The notes beneath the pieces are model-generated. The model saw only the letters and a program-made list of their open reading frames with translations. It did no database searches and was not told the origin of the DNA. From the NCBI GenBank assembly GCA_963850305.1, contig CAWKKR010000001.1:736001-800000 (forward strand): a stretch of DNA of 64,000 bases. The letters run 5' to 3'. Below, in pieces: positions 52,040 to 61,305 of this stretch. The position numbers and the translations under genes are program-made. Position 1 is the first letter of the stretch, and every line of letters begins with the position of its first letter. Source of the stretch: an uncultured delta proteobacterium (GTDB lineage: Bacteria; Myxococcota_A; Polyangia; Polyangiales; Polyangiaceae).

Positions 52040-53902
52040 TCAGATGCCGGGCCAGCGGTGAGCTTCCGCGAGGCGCCGGCTGAAGCCCCGGGTCCTTCGC
52101 TCGCGCGCCTCGCGTTCGACACGCGCGCGCCGCACTTCCTTCCACCGCTCGAGGTAAGCGTCGAGGACGCCCGGGTCGGCATCGTAGCGGCGGAACGCGT
52201 CGGCGTTCGCGGAGCGGAGCGCGACCGCACCGTTGTAACCCCCGAACCCCTGCGTGGGGACGAGGACGCCGCCATCCGGATCGCCGCGCAGCGGCTCGCG
52301 CCCCAGCCGGAAGTGTTCCGCGGGTTCGCCCAGCTCATCGTCCAGACGCTTGAGCGTCGGCACGCCGACGGATGGCTCGCCCAGTAGATAATAGATCGCC
52401 TCGCTCACCGCCTTCAGCCCTGTTTCGCCCATGGAGTGGCCGTCCCCGATGGCCTTCGGAGCGCCGACCGTCATCGGCGGCAACCGTGAGGTGAACCCCT
52501 GGAGCTCCGCGGCCGCCAGCCGGGCGGCCTGCGCCGCCGCGAGGTCCGTCCTCGAATTCGTCCGTGTTCCGGTCGCGTGCGCGACGAGGTGACGGAAGTC
52601 CGCGATGCCGTAGCCGTGGCCCAGGAAGGCCATCTCGAGTGCGGTGATCGTGGCGTTCTCGCCCCCGAATCCCACGCCGGCGAAGTGCCCCTTGCCGCCC
52701 GTTTCTCCGCTCTGCCCCCACCCGACGATGAGCGACGTGACGTCGAGGAAGTTGCGCAGCGCGAAGTCGAGCGTCGTCACGATCACGCCGGAGGCAGCGT
52801 GCCCGACGATCGTCCCATGGGCGTCCACGTCGAACGGCGCGAGGCACTCCGCAACGGAGCGCCGCTCCTCCGGGCGCCGCTCCGCGTTCAGGACCTCGAG
52901 CTTCTGCCGGCTCATCATCGCCCCGACCCCGAAGGCTTCGAGGAGCCGCGCGTCGGGCTTCAGCGCGGCGTCCGCCGCCGTCCAGAGCAGCATCTCCGTC
53001 GGCTGATGCCCCGGGTACGACAGGAGCATCGCGGACGCGGCGTCCGCAATGCACACGAGCGCGCTCGCGCACGCTGCGCTCGTCGTCATGGGCGCCTGGG
53101 GCACGCGGCGCATCGGCGACGAGGGGGAGCGCAGCGCGTCGAGCAGCGCCGGGTTCCTGCGAACGCGGCTCAGGTTGAACGCGGGCGACAGCATGGTGGA
53201 TACCAGCGCGGGGCCGTGGCTGCTCAGCGTCGCGGCCAGCCGATACGCAAGCTTGTCGTTCTTCCTGTCGGGGACCGTCTCGTGCTTCGGCTGCATGCCT
53301 AGCAGCAGACTCTCGAAGCTGTCGTTCCCCGAGAACGCGCTCGCCGCGATCACCCGGAACCGCCGCGGATCGGGCAAGAGCTTCGCGAGCGGCTCCGGCA
53401 AGGCCGCGAGCGCGCCCAGCCCGCCGTACAGGAACAGCTGCGCCTGCAGGCTCGGCCCGAGCCGTGGATCGTCGTCGAAGAGACCGAACATGTCCGACAA
53501 TTCGGATTGTCGGATATCCGCGAAGCCGATTCCCGCGAGGCGGCGCAGCCCGCCGTCCTCCAGGTCGTGCGGCAGCGGAGCCGCCAGGTCCGTCGACAGG
53601 TGCGGCGCCATCACCGAAGGGTCGAGCGCGCGGATCCCCATCCGACTCCGGAGCTCCGTTCCCCAGCGCGCCTCCATGTCCTCGACGGACATGCGCCCGC
53701 CCGCCCCTTTTCGCAGGAATGCGGGCTCCTCGGCCGTGCTCGCGGACGCATCCACTTCCACCAATCCCGCGTCGAGCGCGGCGAAGCCGATGGCGAGCGG
53801 GCTCCCCGTCACGACCGCCCGGTGCGTCTCGGTACTGCCGACCGCCGACATCGTGCACGGCGTGCCGATGGTGCAGAGGACTCGGCTCGGGTGAAGTCGC
53901 AT
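52040..53902 (-). CDS. atypical stand-alone beta-ketoacyl synthase (FabF/KS-like)
   Basis: SAACAS (Cys), AHATGT (His), PKAIGDGHSMG (Lys/His), GFGGYN. Confidence 0.8.
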   Translation of the reverse strand: MRLHPSRVLCTIGTPCTMSAVGSTETHRAVVTGSPLAIGFAALDAGLVEVDASASTAEEPAFLRKGAGGRMSVEDMEARWGTELRSRMGIRALDPSVMAPHLSTDLAAPLPHDLEDGGLRRLAGIGFADIRQSELSDMFGLFDDDPRLGPSLQAQLFLYGGLGALAALPEPLAKLLPDPRRFRVIAASAFSGNDSFESLLLGMQPKHETVPDRKNDKLAYRLAATLSSHGPALVSTMLSPAFNLSRVRRNPALLDALRSPSSPMRRVPQAPMTTSAACASALVCIADAASAMLLSYPGHQPTEMLLWTAADAALKPDARLLEAFGVGAMMSRQKLEVLNAERRPEERRSVAECLAPFDVDAHGTIVGHAASGVIVTTLDFALRNFLDVTSLIVGWGQSGETGGKGHFAGVGFGGENATITALEMAFLGHGYGIADFRHLVAHATGTRTNSRTDLAAAQAARLAAAELQGFTSRLPPMTVGAPKAIGDGHSMGETGLKAVSEAIYYLLGEPSVGVPTLKRLDDELGEPAEHFRLGREPLRGDPDGGVLVPTQGFGGYNGAVALRSANADAFRRYDADPGVLDAYLERWKEVRRARVEREARERRTRGFSRRLAEAHRWPGI

Positions 53903-54062
53903 CACGGCGCTCCACGACCCTAGCGCAGCCGGGCTCATGGATGGATTCGAAACCGGTACCGGATTCGGCGGTCGGCCCCGTGACCCGGGACCCCCCACCG
54001 CTTTTTCGCGCCGCCGTGACAGCTCGTTCCAAACGGGTGAACGGAGTGATATTGCCGAAACA

Positions 54063-55248
54063 ATGAGCGAGCCCATCAGTGTCGATGCCCTTTCCGCCCT
54101 CGATGAACACCTGACCGAAGACGAGCGGATGGTCCGCGACACCGTGCGCCGCTCTGATCCGGGAGCGGTATTTGCCGCGCGCCGGCGACCTCTTCGAGAA
54201 AGAGGAGTTCCCGGACGACCTCATCCCGGAAATCGCCGCGATGGGTCTGCTCGGCGCGACGCTCAACGGCTACGGCTGCGCGGGAATGAGCTCCGTCCAG
54301 TACGGGCTCGTCCTGCAGGAGCTCGAGTACGGCGACAGCGGGCTCCGTAGCTTCGTCAGCGTCCAGGGGTCGCTCGCGATGTACGGCCGATCTGGGCGTA
54401 CGGGAGCGAGGAGCAAAAGCGGAAGTACCTGCCCGAGATGGCGACGGCGGAAACTCATCGGCTGCTTCGGCCTGACCGAGCCGGACAGCGGCTCGGACCC
54501 CGGCTCGATGAAGACGCGCGCGAGGCGCGACGGTGACGGCTGGGTGCTCTCGGGCACGAAGATGTGGATCACCAGCTCGCCCTTCGCGCACCTCGCGGTC
54601 GTCTGGGCGAAGGTCGACGACGGCGAGGCCGACTCCATCCAGGGCTTCATCGTCGAGCGCGGAGCTGAAGGGCTTCGAGACGCCGCGCATCCACGGCAAG
54701 ATGAGCCTCCGCGCCAGCGAGACCGGGGAGATCGTCCTCGACGAGTGCCGCGTGCCCGAGAACAATCGCGCTCCCCAACGTCCGTGGACTGAAGGGTCCG
54801 CTCGGGTGTCTGACGCAGGCCCGCTTCGGCATCGCCTGGGGCGCGATCGGCGCGGCCAAGGCGTGCTTCGACGCCACCGTCGACTACGCCCGCAAGCGCG
54901 TCCAGTTCGGCGAGCCCATCGCCTCGAAGCAGCTCATGCAGGAGCAGCTCGTCGACATGGGCTCGGAGATCATCAAGGGCGATCTCCTCGCGCTCCACTA
55001 CTCCCGCCTGAAGGACGAGAAAGGCATCAGTCCCGATGCAGGTCTCGCTCTGCAAGCGGAACAACGTCGGGCACGCCCTCGCCATCGCGCGCACCTGCCG
55101 CGGCATCCTCGGCGGCAACGGCATCCTCCTCGAGTACCCCGTAGTGCGGCACATGCTGAACCTCGAGAGCGTCTACACCTACGAAGGCACGCACGAGATC
55201 CACACGCTGGTGCTCGGCAAGGCGTTCACCGGCTACGACGCATTCTGA
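54063..55248 (+). CDS. gcdH: acyl-CoA dehydrogenase, glutaryl-CoA dehydrogenase-like (several frameshifts)
   Basis: [58 protein letters not shown]. Confidence 0.85.
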
Positions 55249-55393
55249 ATCCGCGCCTCGACCGAGCCTTCAGGCGCGCCCCGCAGGAACGGGCGCGGCA
55301 CAAGACGGTTCGCGGCGCTCCGTGCCGTGGACCGTCGCGTGGCACGGTGCCGCCGCGCCGGCGCGTCGCTGTCGACGCCCGTCTTCGCGCGGC

Positions 55394-56017
55394 TCAGGGA
55401 CAGCCCACCACGCCGGCGTTCAGCGAGGGGCAGAGCCCGGCGCACGGGGCGCGGCTCGTGCAGCAGTCCAGCGAGTTGAACTCCGTCGTTGCCGGCGCCG
55501 AGCCGACGGCGCACGCCGCGCACTGGAGCGGGATGATGCAGCTCTCCACGCAGACGACCATGCTCCAGCAGGCCGGGTCGGCCTTGCACGTCACGGTCTC
55601 CTGCTGACAGTGCTGCGTCGCGCACGCCGCGCACTGCGCCGAGACGATGCCACCCGTCGGGAAGACGATGGGAGCGACCCCGGCTTCTTCCAGAGGTGGC
55701 GTTGCAGCATCTCGTCCTGCCGATCCCGCGTCGGGGTTGCCGCCGAAGGAGGCTCCGCCGATTGGCTCCTGACCGCCGGCCCCCGCTCCGCTCTCGACGC
55801 CACCGAATCCAGCGCTCCCGCCGAATCCAGCGCTCCCGCCGGAGGCCGGCGCGCCCGCCCCGGCCCCGCCGCCGCCCGATGACCCGCCGAAGAGGTTCCC
55901 GGTCCCCGCCGAGCCGCACGCGAGCACCTGCACCGCGCCGAGTACGAGCACTGTTCCGCGAAGCCCCGCGCCTCGCCGCGCGCTCGCGCCGCGAAGGCTC
56001 GCTGCATCACGGCCCAT
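55394..56017 (-). CDS. Gly-rich lipoprotein with Cys-rich C-terminus
   Basis: VQVLACGS lipobox, CAAC..HC..C..C..C..C module. Confidence 0.7.
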   Translation of the reverse strand: MGRDAASLRGASARRGAGLRGTVLVLGAVQVLACGSAGTGNLFGGSSGGGGAGAGAPASGGSAGFGGSAGFGGVESGAGAGGQEPIGGASFGGNPDAGSAGRDAATPPLEEAGVAPIVFPTGGIVSAQCAACATQHCQQETVTCKADPACWSMVVCVESCIIPLQCAACAVGSAPATTEFNSLDCCTSRAPCAGLCPSLNAGVVGCP

Positions 56018-56106
56018 CGGCCAGGAGCCCCTTTGACCTGCGAAGAGCTGGAGCATACCGAAGCTGGCCGCGGCCAGTAACCAGAACGCTACTCGGTTTC
56101 CCCGGT

Positions 56107-56341
56107 GACGGCGGGGGGTTTTGTTCTTGGGGGGCGTCCCGCCCCCCGGGGCTTGCTTCGCAACCCCGCCCCCCGGTACTCGCTACGCTCGGCTCCGTGA
56201 ATCGGCTGGAGCAAGCGGGGGCAGAGACGGCGGGGGGTTTTGTCCTGGGGGGCGTCCCGCCCCCCGGGGCTTGCTTCGCAACCCCGCCCCCCGGTACTCG
56301 CTACGCTCGGCTCCGTGAATCGGCTGGAGCAAGCGGGGGCA
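56107..56341. repeat. two tandem ~119-bp REP-like palindromic repeats
   Basis: near-identical copies at 56107-56223 and 56226-56341; hairpins GGGGGGCG-TCC-CGCCCCCC and TTGC-TTC-GCAA. Confidence 0.9.
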
Positions 56342-56410
56342 CAAGTCGGCGGGGACCCGGACCTCGAGGCGTCTGTTTTCCGGACACCTGTCCGGAAGAC
56401 GAACACTCTG

Positions 56411-56504
56411 CGAACGATGATCGAACGATGATCGAACGATGATCGAACGATGATCGAACGATGATCGAACGATGATCGAACGATGATCGAACGATGATCG
56501 AACG
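56411..56504. repeat. perfect 11-bp tandem array (CGAACGATGAT) x8.5
   Basis: 8 full copies plus CGAACG, read directly. Confidence 0.95.
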
Positions 56505-56568
56505 GCACCGCGTTTGCAGCGCTCGGGCTCGGCGGTAACGCCTTTGATCGATACCCCCGAGGTCGGAG

Positions 56569-56826
56569 ATGGCGCAGGTCAGGAATAATCTGGTCGTTCA
56601 GGGTTTGTCCGGCATGCTCGGCAAGCAGCTGGTGCTGCGGACCCGCAAGAACGGGAAAACCTTCGTCTCCGCGGCCCCACGTCGCCGTGCGGACTACGTG
56701 CCGTCGGAAGCGCAGAAGAAGCAGCAGGCACGCTTTCGCGCCGCGGTCGCCTACGCGAAGGAAGCAAAGAACCGGCAGGAGTACCGGGCGGGTTTTGGCC
56801 GATTCTACCCGCCGATGTTCATTTGA
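56569..56826 (+). CDS. small basic uncharacterised protein, possibly C-terminally truncated
   Basis: MAQVRNNLVVQGLSGMLGKQLVLRTRKNGKTFVS..PSEAQKKQQARFRAAVAYAK; GAGG upstream of the ATG. Confidence 0.75.
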   Translation: MAQVRNNLVVQGLSGMLGKQLVLRTRKNGKTFVSAAPRRRADYVPSEAQKKQQARFRAAVAYAKEAKNRQEYRAGFGRFYPPMFI

Positions 56827-56852
56827 GTGAAACTGAGCGATGATCGATCATC

Positions 56853-58178
56853 GTGCCTGAGGAGCGCGCGCAAGTGATTTCGGTCGAGGAGCGGGCGGCG
56901 CTGATGGCGGCGCCGCGGCCCCGACGCGATCTGCCGCTCGCGGCATTGTCCGCGGAAGGTGCGCGTCGCCGGTTGCCGCTCGCCGACACGGTGCGGGAGA
57001 AGGATCGCCGCGCGCGCCCCACCTCCGCCGTTTGGGAGCTCACGCTGAAATGCGATCTCGCGTGCCGCCATTGCGGATCGCGCGCCGGACACGCGCGCAA
57101 CGACGAGCTGACCACGGCGGAGGCGCTCGACCTCGTTCGGCAGATGGCCGAGCTCGGCGTGCTCGAGGTCGCCGTCATCGGTGGCGAGGCGTATCTGCGC
57201 GACGACTGGACTGCGATCATAGCGGGGATCCGCAAGCACGGGATGCAGGCCACACTGGTGACCGGGGGCCGCGGGGTGACCCGTGAGCTCGCCGAGGCGG
57301 CCGCAGCCGCCGGCCTCCAGAGCGCGAGCGTGTCCATCGACGGCGCCGAAGCCACGCACGATCGGCTGCGCGGCGTGCGTAGGTCCCATGCGTTGGCGCT
57401 CGAGGCGCTCGGCCACTTCGGGCGAGCCGGCGTGGCGTTGTCCGTCAACACGCAGATCAACCGGCTGAGCCTCCCGGATCTCCCGGACATCCTCGATACA
57501 GTGATCGGGGCGGGGGCCCGGAGCTGGCAGTTCATGCTCACGGTCGCGATGGGGCGCGCCGCGGACGAACCGGACGTGCTGCTCCAGCCGTACGACCTGG
57601 CAGTGCTGTTCCCGATGCTCAGCAAGCTCAAGCAGCGAGCGGACGCGGCGGGTGTGCGCTTCTGGCCAGGCAACAACATCGGGTACTTCGGGCCGTACGA
57701 GTCGTTGCTTCGGGAAGGGACCCTCCGGGGGCACACGGCATCGTGCGGCGCGGGCCAGAGCGTTCTCGGGATCGAAGCCGACGGCACGCTGAAGGGTTGC
57801 CCGTCGCTCACCACGGATAGCTGGGCAGGCGGCAACATCCGCCAGCACTCGCTGCGGGACGTGTGGGAGCGCGCCGCCCCGCTCCGCTACACGCGAGATC
57901 GCACCGTCGACGATCTCTGGGGCTTCTGCCGCACCTGTTATTACGCGGACGAGTGCCGCGCCGGATGCACGTGGACAGGGGACGTGCTGTTCGGGCGCCC
58001 CGGGAATAATCCGTACTGTCACCACCGAGTGCTCGAGCTCGCAGGCCGGGGGCGACGGGAGCGACTCGTCCAGGTGAGTGCCGCGCCAGGGCGTCCGTTC
58101 GACAACGCGCGCTTCGAGATCGTCGAAGAAGATTTGCCTTCGAGAGCAGTGAGCTCGAACGAGGAGACGCATTCATGA
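56853..58178 (+). CDS. radical SAM/SPASM peptide maturase, splicease-like (PlpX/rSAM_nif11_3/GDL-associated clade)
   Basis: AVWELTLKCDLACRHCGSRAG; GNNIGYFGPYE; CGAG..LGIEADG..KGCPSL; CRTCYYADECRAGCTW; GNNPYCHHR. Confidence 0.9.
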   Translation: MPEERAQVISVEERAALMAAPRPRRDLPLAALSAEGARRRLPLADTVREKDRRARPTSAVWELTLKCDLACRHCGSRAGHARNDELTTAEALDLVRQMAELGVLEVAVIGGEAYLRDDWTAIIAGIRKHGMQATLVTGGRGVTRELAEAAAAAGLQSASVSIDGAEATHDRLRGVRRSHALALEALGHFGRAGVALSVNTQINRLSLPDLPDILDTVIGAGARSWQFMLTVAMGRAADEPDVLLQPYDLAVLFPMLSKLKQRADAAGVRFWPGNNIGYFGPYESLLREGTLRGHTASCGAGQSVLGIEADGTLKGCPSLTTDSWAGGNIRQHSLRDVWERAAPLRYTRDRTVDDLWGFCRTCYYADECRAGCTWTGDVLFGRPGNNPYCHHRVLELAGRGRRERLVQVSAAPGRPFDNARFEIVEEDLPSRAVSSNEETHS

Positions 58179-58708
58179 TTCTTGTGCCCTGTCCCGCCTG
58201 TCGCCGTCACGTGCGCCGCAGCGAGCCCGCGTGCCCTTTCTGCCACGCGACCCTCGGGTCCTCCACGAGCATTCCGGAACGCGTTCGTGCGCCGCGAAGG
58301 CGCAGCCGGGCCGCGCTCTATGCCCTCGCGGTCGCGAGCGCCGGGTCGACCGCGTGCGGTGGCGTCACCAGCGAAGCGAGCCAAGGTCGCCCGCAGCAGG
58401 GCGCCGGAGGCGCCGGGAGCGGCGGCGCACGCGGCGACGGGGGCAGCGTCGTCATGACAGGCGGCGCTCCGGGAACGGGCGGTGAGCCGCGCATCGTCGT
58501 GCAGCCGAGCACTGGTGGCACGACTTCATCCCCCGACGCCGGGAAGGACGCCGGCAGGGACGCGAACTGGTGCGACTACAACCAGTGCGGCATCTACAAC
58601 GGGCCGCCGCCTCCACGACGCGCGCCCGATGGTCGCGGAGGGTTCGTCTTCTACTTCGAGCGGCGCGACGAGGATTCCGACCTCGTGGAGGACGACGAGG
58701 CGGACTGA
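58175..58708 (+). CDS. putative rSAM substrate/partner: Zn-ribbon, lipobox-like segment, Gly linker, YNGPP motif
   Basis: ATGA overlap with the rSAM gene, GAGGAG RBS; CPACRRHV..CPFC; ALAVASAGSTAC; WCDYNQCGIYNGPPPP. Confidence 0.8.
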   Translation: MILVPCPACRRHVRRSEPACPFCHATLGSSTSIPERVRAPRRRSRAALYALAVASAGSTACGGVTSEASQGRPQQGAGGAGSGGARGDGGSVVMTGGAPGTGGEPRIVVQPSTGGTTSSPDAGKDAGRDANWCDYNQCGIYNGPPPPRRAPDGRGGFVFYFERRDEDSDLVEDDEAD

Positions 58709-58929
58709 GGTCCCCACACAGCGAAGAGGAAGAAAGGCCGGCGGGTCCGCCAGCCCCCTTCGCGTCCGTGTAGGCGAAAGACCCACGTGGCACGGGCGGA
58801 AAACATTCCGCTCCGGTTCGCATGCGGCTCGGGATGCCGGATGACGGCGCGCGGCAATCGGTGGGGCCGGCGTGGACCCCCGACAGACCACGCTTGCTTA
58901 TTGGCGGCCGCCTTAGGAAGAATGCGTCC

Positions 58930-60634
58930 GTGCTTCGAAAAGCCCTCTCTTTGGCCCTGGCCGTGCTGTCGGCGCTGGTGTTGTTCGGGGCGGTCGCGGC
59001 GGCCGCGCCGAGAGACAAGGCCGCGGAGAAGAAGATCAACGAGGCCATCAACTCGAACTTCCTGAACACGGACTTCGACGGCGCGGAGGGGCTGCTCCTC
59101 GGCACCATCCGCGCTTGCGAGGACAAGTGCAGCCCCCAGGTGCTCGGCAAGGCCTGGATGTACGTGGGCATCGTCCGCGGGACGGGCCGGAACGATATGG
59201 CCGGCGCGGCGGAGGCCTTCAAGTCGGCCTTCGCGTCGGACCCGAACGTCGCGCTCGATGGACAGAATCGCGACCGATCCCGTGAAGGCGCTGTTCGCCA
59301 AGCTTCAGGCCAGCAGCGCCGCGGCCACGCCGGCGGAACCCGCGGCCCCGAGCGCTGCGGCCTTCAAGTGCGCGCCCGCGGTGACAGAAGTGCAGACGCG
59401 ACGCGCCGTTCCGCTCGAGTGCGAGACGGACGCCGAGCTCAGCTCCGCCTTCCTTCACTACAAGACGTTCGAAGACAAGGGCTGGGACAAGGTGAAGATG
59501 GCGCAGAACGCCGGAGCCTGGCGCGGCACCATCCCCTGCGCCGCGACGCAGGACACCGGCACTCTGAAGTATTACGTGGAAGGGCTAGACGCGGATGGCA
59601 ACGTCTCTGCTCTCCTCGGGAGCAAGGAGAAGCCCAGCACGGCCGACATCGTCTCGGAGACGAGCGCGGATCCCCCCGCCTACCCGGACGAAGACCCGCC
59701 GAAGCGCTGCGACGTCATCGAAAACGCGGGTTCTTCGGAGTCTTCGCCGAGCGCCGCTTCCTCGTCCTCGGGCGGCACTTGCGGAGCCTGGGGCGAGCCT
59801 TGCGGGACCGACGGGTGCTGCGCGGAGGGACTCACCTGCAACTCCGGCACCTGTGAGAGCCACTGCGAGGCCGACTCCGACTGCAAGGACGGGCAGAAGT
59901 GCGACGACGGAAAGTGCGGGGGCGGGGGCGGCGCGGGCGGCGGAGGCGGCGCGGTCAAGAACCTCGTCGGCATCCACTTCGGGATGGATCTCGCGAGCAT
60001 CTCCAGCGACGGCGCCTGTCTAGCCGGGTCGCGCGCGGACCACATTGCCTGCTTCGTGAACGGGACGACCTACGAGGGCACGCCGAGCGCCGCCGCGCCG
60101 GGTCGCATCTCAGGCGGGCTCACCGTGGCCACCATCCCAATCCTCGCGTCGTACGAGCACCTCTTCGGCCACTTCGGCCTCGAAGCGCGGCTCGGGTTCG
60201 CGTTCAACGGCGGTCAAACGCCGACGGGCGGGTCCGCCTTCGTGCCCATCCACGCCGAGGTCCGCGCCAAGTACTGGCTCCTCGGCGATGCCGCCTACAC
60301 CAAGCCCGGCATCCGCCCCTGGGTGCACCTCGGCGGCGGCTTTGCCGAGTTCGACGCGACGGTGAAGACCGGCATAGTGGACTGCCCGAACCCGACTGAT
60401 CCGAAGGTGCAGGCCGCCTGCGTGAACGTCACCGACGTCAACCAGGTCAAGGGGAACCCGACGACCGCCAACGCGACGAAGCAACTCGGCCTGAGCTTCG
60501 TCACCTTTGGCGGCGGGGTCATGTACGCCGTCGCGAAGAACCACGGCCCGATGCTCAACATCGACCTGATAGTGCCGTTCCCGTCCTCGGGCTTCGTCGT
60601 GGAACCTACGCTCGGGTACGAGTACGGGTTCTAG
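58930..60634 (+). CDS. secreted protein with TPR-like N-terminus, Cys-rich module and C-terminal beta-barrel (frameshift ~59265)
   Basis: signal peptide; ORFs 58822-59856 and 59258-60634 join; ends with the OMP-type EPTLGYEYGF. Confidence 0.75.
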
Positions 60635-60966
60635 TAGTGCTAGGGCTCGGGGTGGCTCATGCCTTCCCTGGCGCAGGACCCGTGACAACGAAGCGTCGTG
60701 CATGGGCCGCTCCTTGCCGCCGCTGGCGCGGGGCGTGCGCAGTGCCTACGACGTCGGCTTCTTCAGCGCGCTGCTAGAGGCTGGGAGCGGGGCGGGCTCG
60801 GGGAGCAGGGCTCGGACTGTCTCAGGAAGGCCATTTCTTGGCCCTGCCCCGCACCTTCGGCCATGACGGAGGCGGAGTCTGATGCCTCGGGTGCTTCGCG
60901 CAATCGTTCCGGCTGCGGCCAAGGCGCCGGTGGCGGCGCTCCGGCGGCGCCGGCAACAGAATCGTC

Positions 60967-61305
60967 GTGCGCGCTCCGGGGTCGGTGCGCGCGTTCTCCC
61001 TCGACGAGCGGCGAATTCATTCGCCCACGCTGCCCGGCCTCGGCTTTCGCGAAGAGGCGGACACCATCCCCGTCATCGGCGGCCCGAACGCCGACGAAGT
61101 AACCCCCGTCTCCCACGTGCGAGCCCGTGTCGCCGTCCTCGTCGCGCACCCGAAGCCCGCGGACGCGAGTCCCATGAACGTCGGCAGCCCCGTCGCTCGG
61201 ACTCGTCCTGTGACCCTCCTCGACGACGTCCACGACAGCCTCTCCCGCGACTACCTCGCCGAAGCGCGTGCGCTCCTGGCAAGCGGGATCTTCAAGGACG
61301 ACTAG
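60967..61305 (+). CDS. hypothetical protein (start uncertain)
   Basis: plausible C-terminus LSRDYLAEARALLASGIFKDD; stop overlaps the rlmE stop. Confidence 0.4.
   Translation: MRAPGSVRAFSLDERRIHSPTLPGLGFREEADTIPVIGGPNADEVTPVSHVRARVAVLVAHPKPADASPMNVGSPVARTRPVTLLDDVHDSLSRDYLAEARALLASGIFKDD

Noticed and set aside
55802..55840. 18-bp tandem duplication
   Set aside because: Encodes GGSAGF x2 in a low-complexity lipoprotein linker
56107..56504. CRISPR array
   Set aside because: Units are tandem with no unique spacers, lengths of 119 and 11 bp do not fit, and no cas genes are present
56089..56508. ORF with (RSSFDHRSIIV)n repeats
   Set aside because: Just a translation of the DNA tandem array and the REP copies
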